Origin: Myxococcota bacterium
Lineage (GTDB): Bacteria > Myxococcota_A > UBA9160 > UBA4427
DNA: 56,539 nucleotides
Reading direction: 5' to 3'
Assembly: GCA_036336835.1 (NCBI GenBank)
Contig: JAYZFK010000035.1
Location: 1 to 56,539, forward strand
The notes under the pieces are model-generated. The model ran no database searches. It was not told the DNA's origin and saw nothing but the letters and a program-made list of their open reading frames with translations. Shown one piece after another: positions 26,478 through 35,979 of this stretch; positions within the stretch are counted from its first letter, which is position 1, and each line of letters begins with the position of its first letter. The translations under genes were made by a program, and so were the position numbers.

Positions 26478-27656
26478 GTGGCAACTGCGGCGTGGCGCAA
26501 CTGGTCGGGCTCGGTCGTCTGTCGACCGCGCTGGCGGGTGTGCGCGGCCGAAGAACGCGACATCGCGGCCGCTGTGTCGCGTGCGCGCGACGAGGGTGTT
26601 GCCCTGCGCACGGTGGGCAGCGGCCACTCGCAGAGTCCGCTGGTTGCGACGGCGGGAGGTCTGCTCGAGCTCGACTCGCGCGTCGAGCTCGAAGTCGACT
26701 CTGAGCGTGGCGAGGCCTGGATCGGCGCAGGGGCGACTCTCCACGCACTCGAGGCGCCATTGCGCGAGCACGGTCTGGCTTTCCAGAATCTCGGCGACGT
26801 CGACGTGCAGACGCTCGGTGGCGCGATCGCGACCGGCACGCACGGCACCGGGCGCGAGCTCGAAAGCTTGTCGAGTAGCGTCCTCGGCGTGCGCGGCGTC
26901 GCCGCGGACGGTGCGTCCTTCGAGTGGAACCAGGAGGACGCGGCGAATCGGCTGTGCGCCTCGCGTGTCTCGCTCGGCGTGCTGGGAGTCGTCAGCGCCG
27001 TGCGGATGCGGCTCGTGCCGGCCTACCGACTGCACGAGCGCGTCGAACGGCTGTCCGCCGCGGCCGGTCTCGAGCAGCTCGAGGAACGCTCGCGTGCCAC
27101 GCGTCACTTCGAGCTCTTCTGGTACCCGGGCCGCGACCGTATCGACGCCAAATCGCTCGACCCTACGGCGGAGCTGCCGAATCCACTCCCCGATCGGCCC
27201 TACGAGCGCATCGACTGGAGCGGGAGGATCCTGCCGTCCGTCCGCAGCGAGCGTTTCGTCGAGATGGAGTACTCGATTGCTGCCGAGCGCGTGCTCGAGG
27301 TGTTCTCGGCACTCCGAGCGCGCATCCGCACGCGCCATCCGGGCCTGCGCTGGCCGATCGAGCTGCGCTTCGTGGCAGCCGACGACACGTGGCTCAGCCC
27401 AGCTTCCGGCCGCGCTACGGCGACGCTCTCGGTTCACCAGGCGGCCGAGCTTCCCTTTCGAGCACTTTTCGCCGACCTCGAGCCGCTGCTGTTGGAAGCC
27501 GGTGGGCGTCCCCACTGGGGCAAGTGGCACGGACTGCAGGCCGAGGCGCTCTCGGCCCGCTATCCGGCCTGGGAGCGATTTCGCCGACTGCGCAGCGAGC
27601 TCGATCCTGAAGGACGCTTCCTCGATGCGGCGCAGCGCACGCTGCTACTCGACTGA
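26478..27656 (+). CDS. FAD-linked oxidoreductase, D-arabinono-1,4-lactone/L-gulonolactone oxidase family
   Basis: WRNWSG, GSGHS, NLGDVDVQTLGGAIATGTHGTG, EMEY, GGRPHWGK and LDPEGRF motifs. Confidence 0.93.
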   Translation: MATAAWRNWSGSVVCRPRWRVCAAEERDIAAAVSRARDEGVALRTVGSGHSQSPLVATAGGLLELDSRVELEVDSERGEAWIGAGATLHALEAPLREHGLAFQNLGDVDVQTLGGAIATGTHGTGRELESLSSSVLGVRGVAADGASFEWNQEDAANRLCASRVSLGVLGVVSAVRMRLVPAYRLHERVERLSAAAGLEQLEERSRATRHFELFWYPGRDRIDAKSLDPTAELPNPLPDRPYERIDWSGRILPSVRSERFVEMEYSIAAERVLEVFSALRARIRTRHPGLRWPIELRFVAADDTWLSPASGRATATLSVHQAAELPFRALFADLEPLLLEAGGRPHWGKWHGLQAEALSARYPAWERFRRLRSELDPEGRFLDAAQRTLLLD

Positions 27657-27713
27657 AGTGCACCGTTGCGCGATTCTTTACTCGCCCGGGGATCCTCCCG
27701 GCGACAGCAGAAG

Positions 27714-27980
27714 ATGACGACGGTCCAAGGTCTCACTCTCTATCACTATGCGGGCTGTGTCTGGTGCGCAATGGTGCAGCGCGTGCTCGTGCAGCTGGGC
27801 GTCGAAATCTCGCAGCGCGACATCTACGGGGATCCGCGGCATCTGCGCGAGCTGGTCGAGTCCACAGGCGGTCAGACGGTCCCGTGCTTGCGGATCGTGG
27901 AGGAAGGGGAAGATCGATGGATGCACGAGTCGGCCGAGATCGTCGCCTACCTGAACGAGCGTTTCGCGCTTTCTCGCTGA
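27714..27980 (+). CDS. Glutaredoxin-like protein
   Basis: LYHYAGCVWC, GGQTVPCL and WMHESAEIVAYL motifs. Confidence 0.9.
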   Translation: MTTVQGLTLYHYAGCVWCAMVQRVLVQLGVEISQRDIYGDPRHLRELVESTGGQTVPCLRIVEEGEDRWMHESAEIVAYLNERFALSR

Positions 27981-27991
27981 TTGCACGCGTA

Positions 27992-28591
27992 ATGCTCGTG
28001 CTCGCGGCGGCCGGCTGCACGCGCGATCAGATTGCCTACCAGGTGGCGCTGCCCGGGACTGCGAGCGCGGCATCGATCGAGTGGCTTGGCGAGCGAGCGG
28101 GCTACCTCGACGTCCGGGTCGACACCGCGGGCAGGCAGTTGCGCTTCTTCCTGCCGGCGGCTGCCGCGGATTGCGCCGCACTGGAAAACGCGAGCGGAGA
28201 GGTTTCATACGCCAACAGCGGCGTGCTCGGCCGCCTCGACAGCGGTGCACTTCGCTGTGAGCCGGTCGGTGTGCTGTCGCTCGATGAATGGCGCAGCCGG
28301 CGTCCGCGAAGCAGCCGGGAGCCGGTGCCGCGCGCCCGTGCGACCTGGCGGGTGATCTACCGCGACAGCGAGTTGGTGCTTGCCCGGGGACGCTTCGTGC
28401 TGGCCGGACAGCTCGGCTGGTCGGGCGGGGCCGACACGGTGGCGGTCTTCGCCGTCGATCCCAGGTGCGCGGCAACGCTCGAGCGTGGAGTGGGCTCGCT
28501 CGAGTACCGCCCCACCGGCTCGGACGTCCTTGCGCTGGTTGGTGCCGATCGCCGCTGTCCGCTGCTGGGACTCGCGCGTCCAATCCCCTAG
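27992..28591 (+). CDS. Hypothetical lipoprotein
   Basis: Lipobox LAAAG-C; four further Cys; fills the gap after the glutaredoxin gene. Start uncertain. Confidence 0.65.
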   Translation: MLVLAAAGCTRDQIAYQVALPGTASAASIEWLGERAGYLDVRVDTAGRQLRFFLPAAAADCAALENASGEVSYANSGVLGRLDSGALRCEPVGVLSLDEWRSRRPRSSREPVPRARATWRVIYRDSELVLARGRFVLAGQLGWSGGADTVAVFAVDPRCAATLERGVGSLEYRPTGSDVLALVGADRRCPLLGLARPIP

Positions 28592-28696
28592 GCGGCGCGG
28601 GTGCGCTGCGCTGGCGCGCGCACGATACACTCGCGCGTTGGCAAAGCCGCGGGTCATCGGTGTCGCGCGCCGTGTACGAGAAGGTGGGATCGAAGC

Positions 28697-30835
28697 ATGG
28701 TCAGAGGAGCGACGACACTCTTTTTTGGCACAGGGACCTTGCTGGCCGGGCTGCTCGTGGCCGGTTGTGGATCGGAAGAGCCGAATCCGCAGTCCGCCAG
28801 AGACGCCGAGGCGACCCCGCTGAACGTCGTCTTCATCACCCTCGATACGACGCGCGTCGACGCTCTGAGTCTGTACGGAAACGAGCGCAACACGACGCCC
28901 GAGCTCGACCGAGTGGCGGAGCGCGGCGCGGTCTTCGAGCAGGCCTACACGTCGCAGCCGAGCACGTTGCCCTCCCACGCCACGATGATGACCGGGCGCC
29001 TTCCCTTCGCGCACGGCGCGCGCGCGAATGCCGGCTACGTACTCCCGTACGACAACGAGACGCTTGCCGAGGTGTTCTCGCGCCACGGCTATGTGACCGC
29101 CGCTGAGATCGCGGCGCCAGTGATCGGCAGGCAGACACAGCTCGACCAGGGGTTCCAGACCTACCGCGATCTCCAGTCCTTCGACGTTCGGCGCAAGCAC
29201 GTCAACGTGTTGCGAGACGGCGAGTTCGAGCGGCAGGAGCTCGCTGAGCGCGACGCGATGGACATCACGCGACGAGGCCTCGAGTTCCTGCGCCGCAACG
29301 CCGGCTCGCCCTTCTTCCTGTGGCTCCACTACTTCGACGCGCACTCCTTCTACCTGCCTCCGGCACCCTGGAACAGCCGCTTCTCGGACGTTCCGTACTA
29401 CGCGGAGATTCACTTCGCCGACTACAACATCGGTCGCATCTTCGAAGAGCTGCGCAAGCTGGGTATCGTGGAGCGTACGCTCGTCGTGGTCGTGTCCGAT
29501 CACGGAGAAGGGCTGGAGGAGCACCGGGAGCTTACGCACTCCTTTTTCGTCTACGACACGACGATGCGGGTGCCGCTCGTGTTCGTTCTCCCAGGGACGA
29601 TCCCGTCTCAACTCAGGCTGCAGCAGCCTGTGCGAACGGCCGACATCGCGCCCACCGTGCTCGACCTCGTCGGTCTGCCGCCGCTCAGCGACATCGATGG
29701 CGTCTCACTGGTGCCGGTGCTGCTCGGTCGCGCCGTTGCGCCGCAGCTCGACATCTACGGCGAATCCTTCGAGCCGCTCTCGATGTTCGGAACCAACGTG
29801 CTGCGCTTCATGCGTCGAGGCAAGTGGAAGTACATCCACAAGGTCAATCCCGAGCTGTTCGATCTGTCCGAAGATCCGTCGGAGCTCGTCAACCTGGCGA
29901 GCCGGCACCCAGAGATCGTCGCAGCCATGCGGCGCGACCTGGCCGACTGGGTGCTGCGCGGGGTCGTCGAGCGCACCGACAACCGGGTCGTGCTCGACGA
30001 CGAGATGCTCGGGCAGCTGCAAGCGCTGGGCTACGTGGGCGAGGGTGCTCCTTCCGGCTTCAGCGAGGCGGACGATCTTGCAGTGTTGCGCGGGGACGAC
30101 CCGGTCGTCCGCAGCGCTGAGATCGAGATCTACTCGAAAGCGTTTGCGGCGCTGAAGGCGGAGCTCCCCGAGCAGGCGATCGAGTACTTCGATCAGCTAT
30201 ATGCGACGAACCCCGAGAGCCTGCCGGTAATCCGCGGGTTGATCCAAGCGCTCGAGGGCGATGCGCGGCTCGAGCGCGCCCCCGGGCTGCTCGAGAAGGC
30301 CAAGCAGCTAGAGCCCGAGAGCCCCAATCACTACATTCGGGCCGGCGAGCTTCAGCGCGACCTCGGCAACCTGGAGGCTGCCGAGCGCGAACTCCGCCAG
30401 GCGCTCGTCGTTGATCCGTGTGCGGCTGTGGCGCGTGTCGTCTTTGCCGAAATGCTGCGCGAATGGGGTCGGATAGGCGATCAGAAGGAGCTGCTCGAGG
30501 AAGGCATCGAGCTGTGCGATGACGACATCGATCTGCGCAACGACCTCGCATACCTGCTTGCGACTTCCCGGGATGACTCGATCCGCGACGGCGCCCATGC
30601 GCTGCAGCTCGCCAGGCAGGTCGTCAAGGACGCCCAGTCCGAGCGCCCCGACTACCTCGACACGCTGGCGTGCGCCTGGGCCGAGGTAGGGAACTTCCGA
30701 AAGGCCGTTCGCAACTCTCAGCGCGCTCTCGACCTGATCGAGAGCCGCGACATGGATGAGGAGATCATGTCGGAGTACCGCAACCATCTCCAATCTCTCC
30801 AGGACGGTCGCCGGATCCGCAGTGGAAGCTCCTGA
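28697..30835 (+). CDS. Sulfatase-like hydrolase/transferase lipoprotein with C-terminal TPR repeats
   Basis: Lipobox LVAG-C; NVVFITLDTTRVD, TLPSHATMMTG, HYFDAH, SDHGE and LQALGYV motifs, then TPR-like helices (NDLAYLLAT, YLDTLACAWAE). Confidence 0.9.
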   Translation: MVRGATTLFFGTGTLLAGLLVAGCGSEEPNPQSARDAEATPLNVVFITLDTTRVDALSLYGNERNTTPELDRVAERGAVFEQAYTSQPSTLPSHATMMTGRLPFAHGARANAGYVLPYDNETLAEVFSRHGYVTAAEIAAPVIGRQTQLDQGFQTYRDLQSFDVRRKHVNVLRDGEFERQELAERDAMDITRRGLEFLRRNAGSPFFLWLHYFDAHSFYLPPAPWNSRFSDVPYYAEIHFADYNIGRIFEELRKLGIVERTLVVVVSDHGEGLEEHRELTHSFFVYDTTMRVPLVFVLPGTIPSQLRLQQPVRTADIAPTVLDLVGLPPLSDIDGVSLVPVLLGRAVAPQLDIYGESFEPLSMFGTNVLRFMRRGKWKYIHKVNPELFDLSEDPSELVNLASRHPEIVAAMRRDLADWVLRGVVERTDNRVVLDDEMLGQLQALGYVGEGAPSGFSEADDLAVLRGDDPVVRSAEIEIYSKAFAALKAELPEQAIEYFDQLYATNPESLPVIRGLIQALEGDARLERAPGLLEKAKQLEPESPNHYIRAGELQRDLGNLEAAERELRQALVVDPCAAVARVVFAEMLREWGRIGDQKELLEEGIELCDDDIDLRNDLAYLLATSRDDSIRDGAHALQLARQVVKDAQSERPDYLDTLACAWAEVGNFRKAVRNSQRALDLIESRDMDEEIMSEYRNHLQSLQDGRRIRSGSS

Positions 30836-30934
30836 CACGAGCACCGCGGTCGCGCGGTGCTTCGAGGGACCGTTCGCGATCCGCATGCAAATGCGGCCCA
30901 AAGTGCTCGCACCGCCGCTCGAGGAGCGCGGCTC

Positions 30935-31627
30935 TTGAACGTGCTGCGCGCAATCGGTGCCCCGGTCGCCTTGCTGCTTGCTTGCGGTGCCGGCAGTGAG
31001 ACGAGCGCGCCGCTCGCGCCCGGCGAATTCCGGCTCGAGCCGAGCCGTGGTTCGCAGCGCGTCGTGCGCCGAGACCCCGCTCGAGGTTTGATCGAGCACC
31101 GCGGGCTCTCGCTCGTCGAGCACGTCGCCGCAGCCTGGCACGTTTCGGCGCGTGATCTCGAATTTCACCTGGAGCTCCCGCCGGGCAGATTCGACGTGAG
31201 CGTGCACTCGGCCGACGGCGAAGGCGAGGCGGCGGACGCGTCGCTGCGTGGCGGACTCGCCGAGTACTTCGGCCTTCGCGTGCGCACCGAGGCGCGGCGC
31301 GGCGATGTCTTCGTGCTGCGACTCGCGCGTCGCGGGCTCGTGCCCGAGCCAGTCGTACCCGGGAGTGTCCCCGGCGAGCCGGTGCGCGCCCACGGTTTCT
31401 ACCGCGGCGCGGGCGCGCCGGTCGAGCACCTCGTTCGCTATCTGCGCAGCTACGGGCGGCGGCCGATCGTCGACGAGACGGGCCTAGTCGGCCTCTACGA
31501 CATCGTCGTCGAATGGGACTCGGATGCCGGGAGCCGCGCGTTCCACACAGCGCTCGGCGATGCCGGCTTCGTGCTGACGCCCGCACAGCGCAGTTTCCTC
31601 GTACACGTGGTGGAGCCGACGCCGTGA
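30935..31627 (+). CDS. TIGR03435/DUF3738-like lipoprotein
   Basis: Lipobox LLA-C; LAEYFGLRVRTE, RPIVDETGLVGLYDIVVEW and C-terminal VHVVEP. TTG after GAGGAG. Confidence 0.65.
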   Translation: MNVLRAIGAPVALLLACGAGSETSAPLAPGEFRLEPSRGSQRVVRRDPARGLIEHRGLSLVEHVAAAWHVSARDLEFHLELPPGRFDVSVHSADGEGEAADASLRGGLAEYFGLRVRTEARRGDVFVLRLARRGLVPEPVVPGSVPGEPVRAHGFYRGAGAPVEHLVRYLRSYGRRPIVDETGLVGLYDIVVEWDSDAGSRAFHTALGDAGFVLTPAQRSFLVHVVEPTP

Positions 31628-32391
31628 GCGGACGACTGGCCCGCATCGTCGTGCTGGGCGCCCTCGGGCTGCTGGCCTGTGACGAGCCGGAGAGCGTGCT
31701 CGGTGAGGCGGGGCCCCCGCGGCTGGCACGTCGCTTCCTGCCGCGGGAATCGGCGTGGATCCCGGAACGCGAGGTGACGCGCGAGCCGCAGCGCGAGCCG
31801 GTGATGGTGATCTGGGAACTCGACAGCTCGCCGGATCGGCTGCCCACCGCGGCCGAGCGAGCCGCAGCCGACGATCTCGTCGCGCGCAGCTGGGATGCGG
31901 TCGCGCGTCACGGCTGGTTCGACTTCCAGCGCGCTCGCGCAGATGGCTACCGGCTGCTCCACGGCGACAAACGCCACTACTACAACGAGGACCACATCTT
32001 CGACGACGCGATCCTCGACCCCGATCGACCCGAGTTCCTGATGTACTACGGCACACCGAGGGGCCAGAAACTCGCGGGTCTGATGTTCTATACGCGCCGA
32101 CCCGGCGAGCCCGGTCCCCAGATTGGGGGGCCGCTGACCCGCTGGCACTTCCACGTCTGGGCCGAGCCGAACTGCCTCGTGGGCGGGCTGCTCTCGGTTG
32201 CGACGGCCACTCGAGGCGTTGGCGGCGATGGCGACTGCGAACGTGGCGCGCCGGAGCACCGCAGCCCGGAGATGCTCCACGTCTGGCTGCTCGAGCACCC
32301 CGAAGGCCCGTTCGCGACCAGCATGTGGCTGCGACCGGAACAGCTGCGCAGCTTGATCGATCGCGATGACGCGCGCGCGGGAGCCCGTTAG
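31624..32391 (+). CDS. Hypothetical His-rich lipoprotein
   Basis: GTGA-coupled start; lipobox LLA-C; HYYN...LDPDRPEFLMY, WHFH and MLHVWLLEHPEGPF motifs. Confidence 0.8.
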   Translation: MSGRLARIVVLGALGLLACDEPESVLGEAGPPRLARRFLPRESAWIPEREVTREPQREPVMVIWELDSSPDRLPTAAERAAADDLVARSWDAVARHGWFDFQRARADGYRLLHGDKRHYYNEDHIFDDAILDPDRPEFLMYYGTPRGQKLAGLMFYTRRPGEPGPQIGGPLTRWHFHVWAEPNCLVGGLLSVATATRGVGGDGDCERGAPEHRSPEMLHVWLLEHPEGPFATSMWLRPEQLRSLIDRDDARAGAR

Positions 32392-32453
32392 AGCCCCAAG
32401 CGGGCGCCGAGGTCGCCGCATCCCTGCTAGATGTCGCCGGGGTGGTGAAGTCC

Positions 32454-34304
32454 TCAGGCGCTCTGCTGGCTCCGGCTCGCGGCGTCGCGGTTGAGGACCA
32501 GTAGCAGCTTCTTGCGCAGGTCGGCGGCGCTAACGGGTTTGGACAGGAAATTCAGCTCTTCCCTGTCGATGCCGCGCGCGAGGATCACGTCGTCGGTGTA
32601 GCCGGAGACGAAGATCACGTGAAGGCTCGGGTCGCGCGTGCGCAGCTCGTCGGCGAGTTGCTTGCCGTCCATGCCTGGCATGATGACGTCGGTGAGTAGC
32701 ACGTCGAACCCGCGCGGCTTTTCGCGGTGGATCTCCAGAGCCATTTCGCCGTTCATCGCGGCGGTCACCGAGTAGCCCATGCTCTCGAGGATCTGTTGAG
32801 TCGACTCGCGCAGATCGTCGTTGTCCTCGACGAGCAGGATCGAGGCCGTGCTGCGCGCGGAGAGCACTTCATCCAAGACGAGTTCGTCCTCGTTGTCCAT
32901 CACGCGCCGGTGGCTTCGCTTGAGAAAGACGCGGAAGACTGAGCCTTGTTCGACAGTGCTCTCGACGGTGACGTGGCCCTTGCACTGGCTCACGATGCCG
33001 TGGATCGTAGCCAGACCGAGGCCACTACCGGTCGCGCTGTCCTTCGTGGTGAAGAATGGCTCGAAGATGCGGTCGATGACCTCGGCAGGGATGCCAGCGC
33101 CGTCGTCGGCGACCGTAAGCATGACCCACGATCCGGCGGAAGGGGCGAGCTGCGGATTTAGCGCGCCCTCTTCGATACTGGCGTTGCAGGTCTCGATCGC
33201 CAGGCGTCCGCCCCTGGGCATTGCGTCGCGTGCGTTCACGACGAGATTGAGGATCACCTGCTCGAGCTGTGACGGGTCGATCTCGATGTTCCAGAGCGCG
33301 GGCGACAGCTCGGTGCGCAGCTCGATGTCTTCGCTGAGCAGGCCCACCAGCATGCCCTCGAGTCCTTCGACGACCTGGTTCACGTCCACGGTCTCACGCA
33401 GCACCGGCTGCTGGCGGCTGAAGGCGAGCAGTCGGCGGATCATTGCGGATGACTTGCCCGCTGTCGACAGGATCGCGTCCATCCGCTCATCGAGTGTCTC
33501 GCTTCCCGCGCCGAGCTTCACGAGCTCGCACTGTGCGGTGATCGCCGCAAGATGATTGTTGATGTCATGCGCGATGCCGCCCGCGAGTCGACCGACCGCC
33601 TCCATCTTCTGGGCCTGCAGCAGCTGCGCCTCGCTCTCGTGGAGAGCAGTCTCGGCGGCCTGGCGCCGTCGCTCCTGGCTCCAGATGCCCCACACCGCGA
33701 GCGAGACGAGGGTGATCCAGACAGCCAGGATGGTTTGAAATAGCTGGGCCGAGCGCGCCTCGGCAAGCGAGAGCTGGTCGTTCAGCAACTGTTCGATCGT
33801 GCGCAGGTCGCTGAGCAGGTCGAGGAAGATTGCGTCGTAGCGAACGTCGATCGGCGAGCCGATGCTCACGTCGAGCCCGGCATAGTAGCCGTCGTAACGC
33901 TCGCGCGTGAGGTCGGAGAACAGCTGGACCTTCCGGTGGGCGACCAGAACCTGCTCCGAAACGTCCTCGTCCACCGAGTCTCCGATCAGCCATCCCGCCT
34001 GGAGCTCACCGGTTTCGACCATGATGTCCATCAGATGATTGGCCCTGGCCAGGTGATCGAAGATTGACTGTTCTTCGACCTGGTCTCCCCCCACCATTTC
34101 CTCGAGCCACAGGTGAGCAATCGCGGTGCGGGTCTGCACCTCTCCCACCTCGCGTGCCAGGTCGACGCGGCGTGCGACCAGGTTCTCACGGATCCAGTTG
34201 CTGCCGGTGAGCATCACAACGGCTCCGAGACCGAGAGCGACCAGGTATACCGGAATTCGTATCCAGCCTCGTTTCGAGTCGTATGTCAGCTCGTTGTCGT
34301 TCAT
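32454..34304 (-). CDS. Membrane-bound hybrid sensor histidine kinase (CckA-like HisKA-HATPase-REC)
   Basis: Two TM segments around a sensor domain; QKMEAVGRLAGGIAHDINN, NLVVNARDAM, DDGAG, FEPFFTTK, GSGLGL; receiver LLTDVIMPGMDG and KP. Confidence 0.95.
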   Translation of the reverse strand: MNDNELTYDSKRGWIRIPVYLVALGLGAVVMLTGSNWIRENLVARRVDLAREVGEVQTRTAIAHLWLEEMVGGDQVEEQSIFDHLARANHLMDIMVETGELQAGWLIGDSVDEDVSEQVLVAHRKVQLFSDLTRERYDGYYAGLDVSIGSPIDVRYDAIFLDLLSDLRTIEQLLNDQLSLAEARSAQLFQTILAVWITLVSLAVWGIWSQERRRQAAETALHESEAQLLQAQKMEAVGRLAGGIAHDINNHLAAITAQCELVKLGAGSETLDERMDAILSTAGKSSAMIRRLLAFSRQQPVLRETVDVNQVVEGLEGMLVGLLSEDIELRTELSPALWNIEIDPSQLEQVILNLVVNARDAMPRGGRLAIETCNASIEEGALNPQLAPSAGSWVMLTVADDGAGIPAEVIDRIFEPFFTTKDSATGSGLGLATIHGIVSQCKGHVTVESTVEQGSVFRVFLKRSHRRVMDNEDELVLDEVLSARSTASILLVEDNDDLRESTQQILESMGYSVTAAMNGEMALEIHREKPRGFDVLLTDVIMPGMDGKQLADELRTRDPSLHVIFVSGYTDDVILARGIDREELNFLSKPVSAADLRKKLLLVLNRDAASRSQQSA

Positions 34305-34690
34305 CAGTTCGTTCCAACGTCGTTGAGGTCGATCTGAGGGAGCAGGGATCGTGCCCCGGCCACCAGGTCAATCAGCGAGAACGGCTTCTCGAAGAAGAGG
34401 CTGGCTCCTGCCATCAGGGCGGTGCTCCGCTCGGGCCCGTCGTACGTTCCGCTCATCATCACGATCGGTCCCATTCGGTCGCTGTCGCGCCATTTTTCGA
34501 GTAACTCGAGTCCGGTCGGCGGCGGAACCCAGAAGTCGAGCACGGCGAGGGCGTACTCGTGCTCGGCGGCGAGGTGCAGTGCAGTCTGGCCATCTCGGGC
34601 GATATCCACCTCAGCGCTCAGCGCTGCGCCGAGGGCGGTCGCGATTGCGCTGCCGAGTACTCGCTCGTCTTCGACTACCAGCACCCGCAC
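34304..34690 (-). CDS. Single-domain response regulator (receiver only)
   Basis: VLVVEDE, VLD, MMSG and EKPF motifs. Stop overlaps the kinase start (TGATG). Confidence 0.9.
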   Translation of the reverse strand: MRVLVVEDERVLGSAIATALGAALSAEVDIARDGQTALHLAAEHEYALAVLDFWVPPPTGLELLEKWRDSDRMGPIVMMSGTYDGPERSTALMAGASLFFEKPFSLIDLVAGARSLLPQIDLNDVGTN

Positions 34691-34801
34691 TGTGGCTCCT
34701 CGTTGATAGAGTGTCCGAGTGGGGCGCGCCGGTTACGAAGTCGATCACCCGGACGCAACATCTGCGCAGAACTCCGGCAGCGGCACGCGCTGCGGTGCGA
34801 T

Positions 34802-35770
34802 TCAGGGAGAAATCCGCGTGGCCTCTGCCATCGCGCGCAGTTCGCGCTCGATGTCGCCAATCGGCACGTACATCAGCTCGGTCGTGCCGGCGGATTCGAG
34901 GCCGGCGAGCTTTTCGCGGATCTCGCTCGCGGTTCCGACCAGCATCGCGGCGCCCATCTCGGGGGCAATGTGGCGTCGGTCTCGATCGGTGAGATGGATC
35001 ATGTGGCCCTGGTGGATCTGGAGATGTCGCTCCTCGTCGGGGAAGGCCTCGATCTCGGCGCGCCAGCCCGCACCGCCCGGCAGCTGGTCGACGCCCTCGC
35101 CGCTCGCCTCATAGGCGCCGTGGTACATGGCCGCAACGGCGGGGCCGATCGCGTCGACGACGCGAGGGCTGCGCAGGTCCTCGCCGTCCTCGAGCACCGT
35201 CCCCATCTGGAGCAGTACGCTGTGCTCGAACCCGGCCTTGGGACCGCCGCCCGCGATCACGCCGTCGGCGATCTCCTTCGCGATTGCGAGGCCCTTCGGA
35301 CCGTCGGCGCCGAGCAGCAGCGGTGTGCGAATCGGGCGCTTCGGTGCCTGGCCCGGGGGGTGGATCATCTTGACGCGCTTGCCCTCTACCTCGGCCGTCT
35401 CGCCGGAGAGCAATGCACGCAGCGTTCGCACGTAGTGTTCGACGTAGCTCCAGCGGAGCGCTCTGTGCCCCATGGTCATCCGCGCGGTAAAGCCGGTGGC
35501 GATTGCAACGATCAGCCGCCCGGGCGCCGAGTCCTCGATCGTTGCGATCGCACTCGCGGTGACCAGCGGATGGCGGGTGTGTGGAACCAGCACCCCCGTG
35601 CCGAGCCCGATCCGCTCCGTCGCGTCGGCGACCCGAGCGAGTGCGATCCAGACGTCGCCATAGAGAGCGGGTGAATCGAACGTCCAGACGCGGTGATAGC
35701 CGAGGGCCTCGGCCAGCTGGGCACCGGCGACGATGTCCCGGTTGGGCGCGAGGCCACACGAGATCTTCAA
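34802..35770 (-). CDS. LLM-class (luciferase-like, Mer-type, probably F420-dependent) oxidoreductase
   Basis: AEALGYHRVWTFDSPALYGD, TERIGLGTGV...RHP and GADGPKG motifs. TTG after GGAGG. Confidence 0.9.
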   Translation of the reverse strand: MKISCGLAPNRDIVAGAQLAEALGYHRVWTFDSPALYGDVWIALARVADATERIGLGTGVLVPHTRHPLVTASAIATIEDSAPGRLIVAIATGFTARMTMGHRALRWSYVEHYVRTLRALLSGETAEVEGKRVKMIHPPGQAPKRPIRTPLLLGADGPKGLAIAKEIADGVIAGGGPKAGFEHSVLLQMGTVLEDGEDLRSPRVVDAIGPAVAAMYHGAYEASGEGVDQLPGGAGWRAEIEAFPDEERHLQIHQGHMIHLTDRDRRHIAPEMGAAMLVGTASEIREKLAGLESAGTTELMYVPIGDIERELRAMAEATRISP

Positions 35771-35979
35771 GCCGCGTCCTCCAATGAAGGTCAATCTAGC
35801 AGGCAGTCCAGGCGACCGGGGGCTGCCAACTGGGTGAGACATCGATCGGCTACGCTGGCGACATCTCGTGCCGGCGATCGGCACCCCCGGGACTCCATCA
35901 TGCCGTCTCGCTGCTCCATGGACTGCGCGCCCTTCCGGCTCGGGGTGATCATCGAGACGCGCGAGCGGGCAAGGACCCG

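Noticed and set aside
23790..27530. 1246-aa version of the PHP hydrolase
   Set aside because: The extension is antisense to the FAD oxidoreductase. The signal peptide starts at 26447.
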